Positions 27,688 through 38,477 of a stretch of 64,000 bases of DNA are shown here, piece after piece; within the stretch, counting starts at the first letter, position 1; the number at the start of each line of letters is the position of its first letter. The stretch lies in the NCBI GenBank assembly GCA_016875995.1, contig VGOG01000002.1, positions 1,595 through 65,594 on the forward strand. The letters are read 5' to 3'. The position numbers were made by a program, and so were the translations under genes. The stretch comes from Chloroflexota bacterium. Its GTDB lineage: Bacteria > Chloroflexota > Anaerolineae > VGOG01. Under the pieces are notes generated by a model that saw only the letters and a program-made list of their open reading frames with translations, ran no database searches and was not told the DNA's origin.

Positions 27688-28734
27688 ATGAAGAGCATGT
27701 CTCAGCTACGGGCAGAGATACATGAACAACCCCAGGTGCTTGCCAGGCTCATTGACGAAGAAGGGGAGAGAATTGGGGGTATTGCCAAAGAGATCGGTCG
27801 CCGCGGTGTCCGATACATCGTCATCGCCGCGCGGGGCACGTCGGACAATGCCGCCCGCTATGGGCAGTATCTTTTTGGCGCGTACAACCGCCTGCCGGTG
27901 GGTCTGGCCACACCATCCCTGTTCAGCATCTACAACCAGCCGCCTCGCCTGGAAGACGGCCTTATCATTGGCATCTCTCAGTCCGGGCAGTCGCCCGACA
28001 TTGTGGCGGTACTGGAAGAGGGACAACGGCAGGGTGTCCTGACATTAGCCATCACCAACGACCCCGACTCCTCGCTGGCCGCACAAGCTGATTACGTGAT
28101 CCCCCTGCACGCTGGCCAGGAACGGGCGGTGGCTGCCACCAAGACCTACACGGCGCAGTTGGCCGCCTTGGCTCTGCTTTCCTGCACCCTGGGAGACGAT
28201 CCCGACCGCCTGGAGGCGTTGCGACGCGTCCCCTTGGCTGTGGAGCGCGTGTTGGAAAGTGAGGAACGGATTGCGAGCGCCGTGGAGCGCTACCGCTACA
28301 TGGAGACGTGCGTCGTCATAGGCCGAGGCTACAATTATGCCACCGCCTTTGAGATCGCCCTCAAACTCAAAGAGCTCAACTACCTCATCGCCGAGCCCTA
28401 CTCCCCGGCCGATTTCATGCACGGCCCCATCGCTGTGGTTGGTAGCGGCTTCCCGGCGCTGATTGTCGCCCCCAGCGGCAAGATGTTCGACACGATGCGC
28501 CATTTCACCCTGGAGCTCAAGTCGCGCGGCGCTGAACTTCTCATCATCTCCGATCGTCAAGACCTGTTGGTCGAGGCCGTCACGCCGTTGCCATTGCCGG
28601 AGGGCGTGCAGGAGTGGCTTTCGCCCATTGTGGCGGTCATCCCCGGCCAGCTTTTCGCCCACCATCTGACCCTCGCCAAAGGCTACGACCCCGACCACCC
28701 TCAAGGCTTGCACAAAGTTACCTTGACGCGATAG
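27688..28734 (+). CDS. double-SIS protein, GlmS-C/AgaS-like sugar-amine-phosphate deaminase/isomerase
   Basis: EIHEQP, ARGTSDNA, SQSGQSPD, AVAATKTY, LKLKE, GLHKVT; no glutaminase domain. Confidence 0.88.
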   Translation: MKSMSQLRAEIHEQPQVLARLIDEEGERIGGIAKEIGRRGVRYIVIAARGTSDNAARYGQYLFGAYNRLPVGLATPSLFSIYNQPPRLEDGLIIGISQSGQSPDIVAVLEEGQRQGVLTLAITNDPDSSLAAQADYVIPLHAGQERAVAATKTYTAQLAALALLSCTLGDDPDRLEALRRVPLAVERVLESEERIASAVERYRYMETCVVIGRGYNYATAFEIALKLKELNYLIAEPYSPADFMHGPIAVVGSGFPALIVAPSGKMFDTMRHFTLELKSRGAELLIISDRQDLLVEAVTPLPLPEGVQEWLSPIVAVIPGQLFAHHLTLAKGYDPDHPQGLHKVTLTR

Positions 28735-28861
28735 GAACATTTCTGTCTCTTGAGGAGAGAGGACGCCTGAGAAGATGTCTCAGGCGTCTCGCATTTTGGT
28801 TGATTGTTAGGCCATCTCGTGATATATTAATGACAACTTTGTGGAGATAGGTGAAAGGCGT

Positions 28862-29134
28862 ATGCGGGAGGTTACCCTAACCATTCGTAACAAGGTAGGT
28901 TTGCACGCTCGTCCGGCGGCTCTCTTCGTTCAGACGGCCGGCGAATTTAAGTCGAAGGTATCAGCGGTCAAGGATGGGCGTGAGGTCAATGCCAAAAGCA
29001 TCCTCTCCGTGCTAACCCTGGGAGCCGAGCAGGGCGCGGTGGTGACCGTAAGAGCCGAGGGGGCGGATGAGGTGGAGGCAGTTGAGGCTCTGAAAGAGCT
29101 GGTGGAGAACAACTTCGGCGAGGAGGAGGTATGA
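28862..29134 (+). CDS. ptsH: phosphocarrier protein HPr
   Basis: GLHARPAA, NAKSIL. Confidence 0.93.
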   Translation: MREVTLTIRNKVGLHARPAALFVQTAGEFKSKVSAVKDGREVNAKSILSVLTLGAEQGAVVTVRAEGADEVEAVEALKELVENNFGEEEV

Positions 29135-29845
29135 TAACGCTCAAGGGGATCGCCGCCTGGACGGGGGTCGTGGTGGGAAGGGCCTACGTCTACCGGCCCG
29201 TTGAGCTGGCTATTGAGCGATGGAGGGTGAAGGACACTGAGGCGGAGTTGTTCCGCCTCCGGAAGGCCTTGGAGGAATCCAAGGAGCAGCTCTGCAAGAT
29301 TCACGTCAAGGCCCAGGCTGAGGTGGGGGAGGACACGGCCCGCATCTTCGAGGCGCACCTCTTGATCCTCGACGACCCTGCCCTTCTGGAGGAAGTGAGA
29401 GACAAGATCGAGAAGGAGCACCTCAACGCCGGGGCAGCCTTGTCCGAGACCATTGAGGGCTACGCTGCTATCTTCGAGGCCATGGAGGACGAGTACATGC
29501 GCGCTCGCGCCGCCGACGTCAGGGATGTCGGGCGGCGGGTGCTGCGCAACCTGGGGTGGTGGCGCGGAGCCGCTGGCCGAGCTCTCCTCTCCGGTCATCG
29601 TCGTCGCTCGCGATCTGACCCCCTCCGACACGGCGCAGATGAACAAGGAGATGGTGCTTGGTTTCTGCACTGCCATGGGCGGCACCACCTCCCACACAGC
29701 CATCATGGCTCGCATCCTGGGCATCCCCGCTGTTGTCGGGCTGGGTGACGTCGCCCTATCTATCAGGAGCGGCGACATAATGATCATTGATGGTAGTGAA
29801 GGAGTTGTCACGGTCGCTCCCGATGAAGAGACGATAGAGAGCTAC
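29131..29845 (+). pseudogene. ptsI: PTS enzyme I, frameshifted and truncated
   Basis: EI N-domain continues in a different frame after about 29554 (DLTPSDTAQ, TSHTAIMAR) and homology stops at PDEETIESY; PEP-binding barrel missing. Confidence 0.9.
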
Positions 29846-29911
29846 GCCTTGCAAAAAGGTCTCCAAAAATCCGTGCAATACTTTTTGCAACCGCCTGGTG
29901 GATTTTTGCAT

Positions 29912-29940
29912 TTGACAAATATTTTTCATTATGCTATAAT
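29912..29940 (+). promoter_or_regulatory. sigma70 promoter of glycerol operon
   Basis: TTGACA-17-TATAAT with extended -10 TG; inverted repeat TTGCAAAAAG...CTTTTTGCAA at 29849-29890. Confidence 0.85.
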
Positions 29941-30318
29941 ATACGTCATTCCTTCAGCCGCCCTCAACCTTGATTGAATCAGGAGACAAGGACGTGCTTA
30001 TCCTCATTGTTCGCTGTCCCGATTTGCGGGTTTCCCCTTTCAATTCAAAGAGTGTACTTGCGGTTATTTGACACCACGGTAGCTTCTTTGCTGACCCTGC
30101 CTTGGTGTTTTTTATTAGCAACTGCTGGCCCTGTCCGAGATTCTGTAAGAGGGCGGGCGATCACAGGGGTCAGCGGTGATGGCTGCCATCGGCAGGCCGA
30201 GGGTGGCCGAAAAACGCGAGAGGGGGTGATGGCCAAAAACAGGTGAGTGGGATCGAGTGAGCGTTCGTAAGTAGTTTGCTTAAACACAATAAAGTTATTT
30301 TGAAAGGAGAGCACAAAG

Positions 30319-31110
30319 ATGAAAAAGAATGGTTTGATGGGCGAACTCGTCGCCGAAGCGTTCGGGACGTTTATCCTGATCCTTCTGGGAGACGGTGTCG
30401 TCGCCAACGTTGGCTTGGCTCCCCGCCTGGCTGCACCAGCCTATGCCTGGACGACGATAACTTTCGGCTGGGCCTTCGCGGTGGTTGTGGCTGTGTACGT
30501 TGCCGGTGGCGTCACCGGCGCGCACATCAACCCGGCGGTCACGCTGGCTGGCGCGGTGAAGCGCGGCTTCCCCTGGGCCAAGGTCATCCCTTATTGGATC
30601 GCGCAGGTAGTCGGTGCTTTCCTGGGTGCGTTCGGCGTGTTCCTGTGCTACCGGGACGGTCTGGTGGCGGCTGGCATGCCCAACGTCTGGTGCACCGGAC
30701 CAGGCTCTATCTTCGGTCAGGCTTTCTGGGGTGGTACTGGAGGGTCGGCCATTGGGACGTACTCACTGCTCACTTGCTTCATCTGCGAGATCTTCGGTAC
30801 GGCTATGCTGATCTGGGGCGTCTACGCAGTCGTCGATACCAAGAATGTGGGCCCCGGCGTCAACCTTTGGCCGCTCCTGGTAGGTTTCGTAGTTCTGGCG
30901 GTCGGCCTTTCCTTGGGTGGTCCCAGCGGCTACGCCATCAACCCCGCCCGTGACTTCGGCCCGCGCCTCTTCGGTCTTCTGGTAGGTACCGCTGGTCTCT
31001 TTACTGGTCTCTACTGGCTGGTGGCACCTATACTTGGGACTCTCATCGGCGGTGTCCTTGGCGCCTTTACCTACGACTGGTTCATTACCCCCTACCTGCC
31101 TGAGAAATAA
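30319..31110 (+). CDS. glpF: glycerol uptake facilitator (aquaglyceroporin)
   Basis: GAHINPAVT and YAINPARDFGPR. Confidence 0.95.
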   Translation: MKKNGLMGELVAEAFGTFILILLGDGVVANVGLAPRLAAPAYAWTTITFGWAFAVVVAVYVAGGVTGAHINPAVTLAGAVKRGFPWAKVIPYWIAQVVGAFLGAFGVFLCYRDGLVAAGMPNVWCTGPGSIFGQAFWGGTGGSAIGTYSLLTCFICEIFGTAMLIWGVYAVVDTKNVGPGVNLWPLLVGFVVLAVGLSLGGPSGYAINPARDFGPRLFGLLVGTAGLFTGLYWLVAPILGTLIGGVLGAFTYDWFITPYLPEK

Positions 31111-31335
31111 ACGGTTGGGTCAACAGGCTAATCTCAGTAGATCACAATTCCACCGATGTGAGGCAGTTGTATTGCCGAACGGAGACTCGGAGTGCAATTC
31201 CTCGCCATCAATTGTGATGTACTGAATCTAGACAAGCCTACATCTAGGTTGGCAGGGTTGTCAACAGGAGGGGAGCGAGGGGTAACCCTTTCCTCCCCTC
31301 CCTACTTTGCTTTAGAAGTGAAGGGAGGCAGGAAC

Positions 31336-32409
<1,074 letters not shown>

Positions 32410-32494
32410 GCAAGTGGCAAGTAGCAAGTGGCAAGTAGCAAGTGGCAAGTGGCAGGCAGTAACCATCTGCTACTTGTTACCTGCTTACTTGCTA
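32410..32494. repeat. 7-bp inverted-tandem array (GCAAGTR then TACTTGC-like)
   Basis: 6 forward units directly after the dhaK stop, then about 4 degenerate reverse units. Confidence 0.9.
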
Positions 32495-32520
32495 TTTGAG
32501 GGAGGAAATGCTCTTCAAAC

Positions 32521-33162
32521 ATGGTAACTAAGAGTCAAGTCCTGAAGTGGCTTGAGGCGACGGCTGCGGTGCTCGAGGAGAACAGGCAGTATCTCACCGA
32601 GTTGGACTCACCCATCGGCGATGCCGATCACGGCATCAACATGGATCGAGGGTTCAAGAAGGTGACGAGCAAGCTGCCTGGTGTGGAGGATAAGGACATC
32701 GGCACCATTCTCAAGACGGCGGGGATGGCCCTCGTCACCAGTGTCGGTGGGGCCGGAGGCCCGCTATATGGCACCCTCCTCATGGATGCGGGGAAGGCTG
32801 TGGCGGGCAAGGAGGAACTCTCCGATGATGACCTGGTCGCCTTCCTTGACGCCGGCTTAAAAGGGGTGATCAAGATAGGGAAAACCAACCTGGAAGACAA
32901 AACCATGGTGGATGCCCTCTACCCCGCCCTGGAGGCTCTCAAGGAGGCCGTCGCCAATGGCAAGGATACGGTAGAAGCCCTCCACCTGATGACGGATGCT
33001 GCTCAAGAGGGGATGAAGGCTACCATTCCTATGCTGGCCAGGAAGGGTCGCGCCAGCTACGTGGGAGAGCGTAGCATCGGCCACCAGGACCCAGGGGCAA
33101 CCTCTTCCTACTTGATCCTGAAGACGTTGACGGAGACCATTGAGGCCAACACATCAGCCTAG
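32521..33162 (+). CDS. dhaL: dihydroxyacetone kinase subunit L
   Basis: IGDADHG, GPLYG, DKTMVD, GRASY, HQDPGA. Confidence 0.95.
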   Translation: MVTKSQVLKWLEATAAVLEENRQYLTELDSPIGDADHGINMDRGFKKVTSKLPGVEDKDIGTILKTAGMALVTSVGGAGGPLYGTLLMDAGKAVAGKEELSDDDLVAFLDAGLKGVIKIGKTNLEDKTMVDALYPALEALKEAVANGKDTVEALHLMTDAAQEGMKATIPMLARKGRASYVGERSIGHQDPGATSSYLILKTLTETIEANTSA

Positions 33163-33306
33163 CGCGTCCGAGTTGTCCTCCACGTGGCTATACAGACAAT
33201 CGTGGGTTTTTGCGTTAGGGACTTTGAGAGGGGGTGATAAACGGGAAAAGTGCAGGACCGAATCATTTCGTAACCCAAATATCACAAACATTAAGGAGGA
33301 AATACC

Positions 33307-34830
33307 ATGGCAAAGAAATACGCAGCGGCAGTAGACCAGGGAACCACTGGGACCAGGTTCATGATCTTCACCCAGAAGGGCGAGCCACTGCCCTGGACGT
33401 ACGAGGAGCACGAGCAGATCTACCCTCAGCCTGGTTGGGTGGAGCACGACCCGATGGAGATCTGGAAGAAGACCCAGAAGGTGATCAAGGACACCTTGAA
33501 CAAGAGCGGCGTTGATCCCAAGGAGATCGCCGGCATCGGGGTGACCAACCAGCGGGAGACGACCATCGTCTGGGACCCCAAGACGGGCAAGCCCTACTAC
33601 AACGCCATCGTCTGGCAGTGCACCCGCACCCGCGACATCTGCCAGAAGCTCATTGACGACGGCATGGAGCCCTACGTCAAGGAGAGCACTGGCCTGGTCA
33701 GCGCCACCTACTTCTCCGGGCCCAAGATCAAGTGGATCCTGGACAACGTCCCTGGCGTGCGGGAGAAGGCCGAGAAGGGCCAGGCGCTCTTCGGCAACAT
33801 TGATACCTGGGAGATCTGGTGGCTGACCGGCGGCCCGGACGGCGGGGCGCACGTCACCGATTACAGCAACGGCTCCCGCACCATGCTCATGAACCTCAAG
33901 ACCCTGGACTGGGACCAGAAGATCCTCGACTATCTGGGCATCCCGCGCCAGATGCTGCCGGAGGTCAGGCCCTCCAGTGACAAGAAGATCTGGGGCTATA
34001 CCCCCAAGAGCGGACCCCTTGGGGCGGAGATACCGGTCTGCGGCGACCTGGGCGACCAGCAGGGCGCATTGGTGGGCCAGACCAGCTTCGGCGTGGGCGA
34101 GGCCAAGAACACCTACGGCACCGGTTGCTTCATGCTGCTCAACACCGGCAGCGAGATCGTCCCCTCGCCGAGCGGGCTGCTGACCACGGCGGCCTACGGT
34201 GTGGAGGAGGGCAAATGCATCTATGCCCTGGAGGGCTCCATCGCCATCACCGGGGCGGCCATCCAGTGGCTGCGGGACAACCTGCAAATAATCGAGAACG
34301 CCGCGCAGACGGAGCCGATTGCCGAGGAGGTGGGGGATGCCGGCGGCATCTACTTCGTGCCTGCTTTCTCCGGGCTCTTCGCCCCTTATTGGGACATGTA
34401 CGCCCGCGGCGCCATCGTCGGTCTGACCCGCTACGTCCGCAAGGAACACCTGGTGCATGCCACCCTGGAGTCCATCTGCTACCAGACCAAGGACGTTCTG
34501 GAGGCCATGAAGAAGGACTCCGGCGTGGAGCTCACCGCGCTCAAGGTGGACGGTGGGGCGGTGAAGAACAACTACCTGATGCAGCTCCAGGCCGACATCC
34601 TGGGCGTGGAAGTGGTGCGGCCCACGGTGGAAGAGACCACCACTCTGGGTGCCTCCTACATGGCTGGCCTGGCCACTGGCCTCTGGGAGAACCTGGAGGA
34701 CCTGCGGGCCAACTGGGGCATTGATCGGGTCTTCAAGCCCCAGTGGAGCGACGGGCAGCGAGCCGAGGGCTACAAAGGCTGGACAAAAGCTGTCGCTCGC
34801 ACCCGCGACTGGGTCGAGAAAGGCAGCTAA
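33307..34830 (+). CDS. glpK: glycerol kinase
   Basis: [43 protein letters not shown]. Confidence 0.97.
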   Translation: MAKKYAAAVDQGTTGTRFMIFTQKGEPLPWTYEEHEQIYPQPGWVEHDPMEIWKKTQKVIKDTLNKSGVDPKEIAGIGVTNQRETTIVWDPKTGKPYYNAIVWQCTRTRDICQKLIDDGMEPYVKESTGLVSATYFSGPKIKWILDNVPGVREKAEKGQALFGNIDTWEIWWLTGGPDGGAHVTDYSNGSRTMLMNLKTLDWDQKILDYLGIPRQMLPEVRPSSDKKIWGYTPKSGPLGAEIPVCGDLGDQQGALVGQTSFGVGEAKNTYGTGCFMLLNTGSEIVPSPSGLLTTAAYGVEEGKCIYALEGSIAITGAAIQWLRDNLQIIENAAQTEPIAEEVGDAGGIYFVPAFSGLFAPYWDMYARGAIVGLTRYVRKEHLVHATLESICYQTKDVLEAMKKDSGVELTALKVDGGAVKNNYLMQLQADILGVEVVRPTVEETTTLGASYMAGLATGLWENLEDLRANWGIDRVFKPQWSDGQRAEGYKGWTKAVARTRDWVEKGS

Positions 34831-34978
34831 CCGACGACCCCGGCTTTGACCGCGAGCCCACTCCATCGGGTGGGTTTAGATCAAGTGGCAGTTCCTGGCC
34901 TCGGTCTGCCGTCTGCAACCCAGCCCTGCATCTTGGCCCAAAAGGCCGAGCATCCTGAGCCGGGTGATGATCGCTGAG

Positions 34979-35014
34979 AAAAAGGGAAGGCCTCCACCAG
35001 GGGCCTTCCCTTCT
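34979..35014 (+). terminator. intrinsic terminator after glpK
   Basis: AAGGGAAGGCC-loop-GGCCTTCCCTTCTT. Confidence 0.75.
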
Positions 35015-35042
35015 TAGCTTCTCTGGTGCCAGGGTAGTCCAA

Positions 35043-35273
35043 ATGAGACAAGAATTCTGGATCAAGTACGAGTTGGAAGACGGTTTGACTGACTGGGAAG
35101 GTCCTTATCGTTCGGAGTTGATGGCTGGCATGGTGGCTGTTGATTTTCTGACCCATGTCCCGGAAGCGGCCACGGTCACAACCTACCTCAAGCTCGCTGA
35201 CGAGAAAAAAGGAACGGTGGAGGAGGTTCGTTTGTTGACCAGACGGAGGGATACAGTGCGAGGCATCAGGTAG
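35043..35273 (+). CDS. hypothetical small protein
   Basis: 76-aa ORF filling the gap on the operon strand; no motif recognised. Confidence 0.5.
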   Translation: MRQEFWIKYELEDGLTDWEGPYRSELMAGMVAVDFLTHVPEAATVTTYLKLADEKKGTVEEVRLLTRRRDTVRGIR

Positions 35274-35324
35274 GAGTAAGGCCTGCCCTTACCCGACCTG
35301 ATCGAAAGGTTATGGAGAGGTAAA

Positions 35325-36116
35325 ATGCACATCGTCGTTTGCCTGAAGCAGATCATTGACCCAGAAATCGCCCCTGGCGAGTTCCAGATCGATCCGGTCC
35401 GTAAAGAGCAAATTCGAGGGAAGCACGCCCTGGTTATCAGCACCTTTGACGAGAACGCCCTCGAGGTGGCCGTGCAGGTCAAGGAAAAAACGGACGGAAA
35501 GGTTACCGCTTTGACCATCGCTGGAGAGGAAGCGGTCGAAGCCTTGCACACAGCCCTGGCCCTGGGCGCGGACGAAGCGATCCTCCTCTCCGATCCCGCC
35601 TTCTCTGACGCCGACTCCTTTGCCAAAACTCGCATCCTGGCCGCAGCCCTGCAAAAGCTCGGCCAGTTCGATGCCGTGCTGTGCGGCAGGCAGGCAGGGG
35701 ACGTAGAGCTGGGTGTCACCGGGCCGTTCCTGGCGGAAGAGCTCGGCCTGCCCTGTATCGCTTTGGTGGCCAACATTGAGTCCGACAGCGACAGAGCACA
35801 CCTGAGACGACCAGTGGAGAACGGGTATGAGATCCTGGAAGCCCCGTTACCTTTCGTGGCTACTGTCACCAACGATGAAAGCAATGTGCCGCGCCTGCCC
35901 ACCGTCAGGGCGATCAGGAAGGCGGTAAGGACACCGGTCCCTGTCTGGACGGCTGAGGAGATAGGGATAGACGTCGAGCCAGAGGCGGCCAAAATCGAGC
36001 TGCAGGAGCTATTTGTCCCCAAGCGAGAGGTGCGATGCGAATTCGTTGAGGGCGAATCCGGCCAGGAGAAGGGGGAGAACCTGGCTCTACGGCTCAGGGA
36101 ACTGACGCTCATTTAA
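35325..36116 (+). CDS. etfB: electron transfer flavoprotein beta subunit
   Basis: VCLKQ, FDENALE, LALGADEA, CGRQAGD, N.PRLP. Confidence 0.93.
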   Translation: MHIVVCLKQIIDPEIAPGEFQIDPVRKEQIRGKHALVISTFDENALEVAVQVKEKTDGKVTALTIAGEEAVEALHTALALGADEAILLSDPAFSDADSFAKTRILAAALQKLGQFDAVLCGRQAGDVELGVTGPFLAEELGLPCIALVANIESDSDRAHLRRPVENGYEILEAPLPFVATVTNDESNVPRLPTVRAIRKAVRTPVPVWTAEEIGIDVEPEAAKIELQELFVPKREVRCEFVEGESGQEKGENLALRLRELTLI

Positions 36117-36128
36117 TGAGGGGGTAGG

Positions 36129-37184
36129 ATGACAGGGATATTGGCATTTTCTTTAGCTTCGGCTGAGGGGCTTCCTCGCTCAGCTCTGGAGCTGGTGGCG
36201 GCGGCTGAGCAGTTGCGGGAAGAACTGGGAGATGGGATCGTCCAGGTCGCGCTTCTGGGGCCAGATGCGGCAAGCTACGCTGAGACGCTGATCCACCACG
36301 GGGCTGATGAGGTCCTGGTCGCCAGCAGCCCCGAGTTGCAAAGCTATAAGACAGAGCTTATACTGGCGGTGCTGGAGACAGCTATCGAGCAGGTATCTCC
36401 CGCTGTGATTCTCTTCCCAGCCGACACGGTGGGGGGGGAAGTCGCCCCCAGACTCGCCTACCGGCTGGGGGTTGGGATCGTCACCGATTGCGTGGGGTTT
36501 GAAGTAGAGCCCCCCCCCTCATCCCCCCCAAAGTTGGGGGGGAAAGAGGGGGGGCAAAGTTTGGGGGGAGAGAGGGGGGGCGGGTGCATCCGCTGGCTTC
36601 GCCCGGTGTACGGCGGCAAGGCCATGGCCTATATGGTGGCCAAAGGCCCGCTGCAGATAGCGACCTTCCGCCAGCGGGCGTTTGAGCCTTTGCCGGAGGA
36701 TACCTCGCGCCAGGGGAAGGTACAGGCTTTGCAGGTTGAACTGGAACCTGCGCTGGCTCAGGTGTCGCTGGTGGAGGAGGTGCGAGAGGAGGTCGAGGGG
36801 ATCAGCCTGGACGAGGCCGAGATCGTCATCGGTGGGGGAAGAGGCATGGGAGGGCCGGAGTCATTCTCTGAGCTGGAGACCCTGGCGGAGATTTTGCGAG
36901 GCGCTGTGGGCTCCTCGCGCCCCCCTGCGGATTCGGGATGGGTGCCCCACGCCAAGCTCATCGGCCAGACGGGGAAGATCCTGAGCCCCAGTCTGTACAT
37001 CGCCATAGGCATCTCCGGCGCTCCCCAACACATGGCAGGCATCTCTGCGGCCAGGACCATCGTGGCCATCAACAAGGACGAGGACGCGCCCATCTTTAAG
37101 GTGGCCCACCTGGGCGTGGTGGATGACTGGCGACAGGTCATCCCGGCGCTGATCCGAGCCTGCCGCGAGTTGGTGGGCGATTGA
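36129..37184 (+). CDS. etfA: electron transfer flavoprotein alpha subunit
   Basis: RPVYGG, GGGRG, IGQTGK, GISGAPQH, AINKD; in-frame palindrome insert at 36509-36581. Confidence 0.93.
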   Translation: MTGILAFSLASAEGLPRSALELVAAAEQLREELGDGIVQVALLGPDAASYAETLIHHGADEVLVASSPELQSYKTELILAVLETAIEQVSPAVILFPADTVGGEVAPRLAYRLGVGIVTDCVGFEVEPPPSSPPKLGGKEGGQSLGGERGGGCIRWLRPVYGGKAMAYMVAKGPLQIATFRQRAFEPLPEDTSRQGKVQALQVELEPALAQVSLVEEVREEVEGISLDEAEIVIGGGRGMGGPESFSELETLAEILRGAVGSSRPPADSGWVPHAKLIGQTGKILSPSLYIAIGISGAPQHMAGISAARTIVAINKDEDAPIFKVAHLGVVDDWRQVIPALIRACRELVGD

Positions 37185-37276
37185 ACGAAACCGAACCTGC
37201 TGCCAAGGGGCGTCCCCGCCACAAAGTCAGGGCGAGGACACCCCTCCACAGCAGAGTAGTTGGTGGGCGATTGAAC
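37168..37276. mobile_element. palindromic element flanked by 19-bp direct repeat
   Basis: AGTTGGTGGGCGATTGAAC at 37168-37186 and 37258-37276 around hairpin CTGCTG..AGGGGCGTCCCCGCC...GGCGAGGACACCCCT..CAGCAG. Confidence 0.75.
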
Positions 37277-37295
37277 AAAAGACAGGAGGAAAACG

Positions 37296-38462
37296 ATGAA
37301 ACTAGAGACACAAGTGGTGGTGATCGGTGGGGGGGCGACCGGCACGGCCGTGTTGCGCGACCTGACGATGCGGGGCTTGAAAGCCATGTTGTTCGAGCGA
37401 GGCAACCTCTCCGAAGGTACAAGTGGCAATTTCCACGGCCTGCTGCACAGCGGCGGTCGCTACGCGGTGAAAGACAAGCCCGCCGCCGTGGAGTGCATCG
37501 AAGAGAACGACATCCTGCGTCGCATCGCCCCGCAAGCGATTGAGGACACAGGTGGCTTCTTCGTCACGCTCGATGACGACGACGAAGCATTTCTGCCCAT
37601 TTTCCTGAAGGGCTGCGCTGAGGTGGGCATCCCAACCGAGCTGCTCTCCGGCGACGAGGCCCGCCGCCTGGAGCCAGCCCTCTCGCCCCAGGTCCGACAT
37701 GCGGTCACAGTGCCCGACGCCAGCATTGATGGCTGGGACCTGTGCACGGGCGCTGTGGCTTCGGCCAAGGAGTACGGCGCGCGCACCTTCCTCTACACCC
37801 CTGTGGTGGAGATCCTGCGCCAGGGCGACCGGGTGGTCGGCATCAAAGCGGTAGACCAGAGCACTGGCGACGAGTACATCGTCCACGCCGATTACGTGGT
37901 TAGCGCCACCGGCCCCTGGGCGGGTAAGACCGCCAGACTGGCCGGCATTGAAGTCCCGATGGTCCCTAATAAAGGCACCATGGTCGTCCTGGATAGCCGC
38001 CCTGTGAAGCGGGTCATTAACCGCTGCCGCAAGCCCACCGATGGCGACATCATCGTCCCCGTGGGCACCACCATCGTGCTGGGCACTACCTCCGTGAATA
38101 TCGAGGACCCTGACGAGTTCTCCATCGAGGAATGGGAAGTGGACCTGATGCTGGATGAAGGCATCAAGATGGTGCCCATGATCGAGGACATGCGCCTGCA
38201 ACGTTGCTTTGTTGCCGTCCGTCCTCTGTACGAGCCTCCGGTAGAGGCGGAGGAGGAAGCGGAGGAAGGAAGAGAAGTCAGCCGGGCGTTCTACGTTCTC
38301 GACCACGAGCAATTGGATGGCGTGGGCGGCTTCGTCACCATCACCGGCGGCAAGCTGACCACCTCCCGCTTAATGGCCGAAAAGGTGGTTGATCTGGTCT
38401 GCGCCAGGATGGGGATTGATGTGCCCTGCCGCACCCATCTGGAGCCACTGCCCACGGGATAG
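37296..38462 (+). CDS. glpA: FAD-dependent glycerol-3-phosphate dehydrogenase, GlpA-like (short form)
   Basis: IGGGATG, HGLLHSGGRY, INRCRKP.DGDI, ITGGKLTT.RLMAE. Confidence 0.88.
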   Translation: MKLETQVVVIGGGATGTAVLRDLTMRGLKAMLFERGNLSEGTSGNFHGLLHSGGRYAVKDKPAAVECIEENDILRRIAPQAIEDTGGFFVTLDDDDEAFLPIFLKGCAEVGIPTELLSGDEARRLEPALSPQVRHAVTVPDASIDGWDLCTGAVASAKEYGARTFLYTPVVEILRQGDRVVGIKAVDQSTGDEYIVHADYVVSATGPWAGKTARLAGIEVPMVPNKGTMVVLDSRPVKRVINRCRKPTDGDIIVPVGTTIVLGTTSVNIEDPDEFSIEEWEVDLMLDEGIKMVPMIEDMRLQRCFVAVRPLYEPPVEAEEEAEEGREVSRAFYVLDHEQLDGVGGFVTITGGKLTTSRLMAEKVVDLVCARMGIDVPCRTHLEPLPTG

Positions 38463-38477
38463 AGATCCCCGCCTCGG

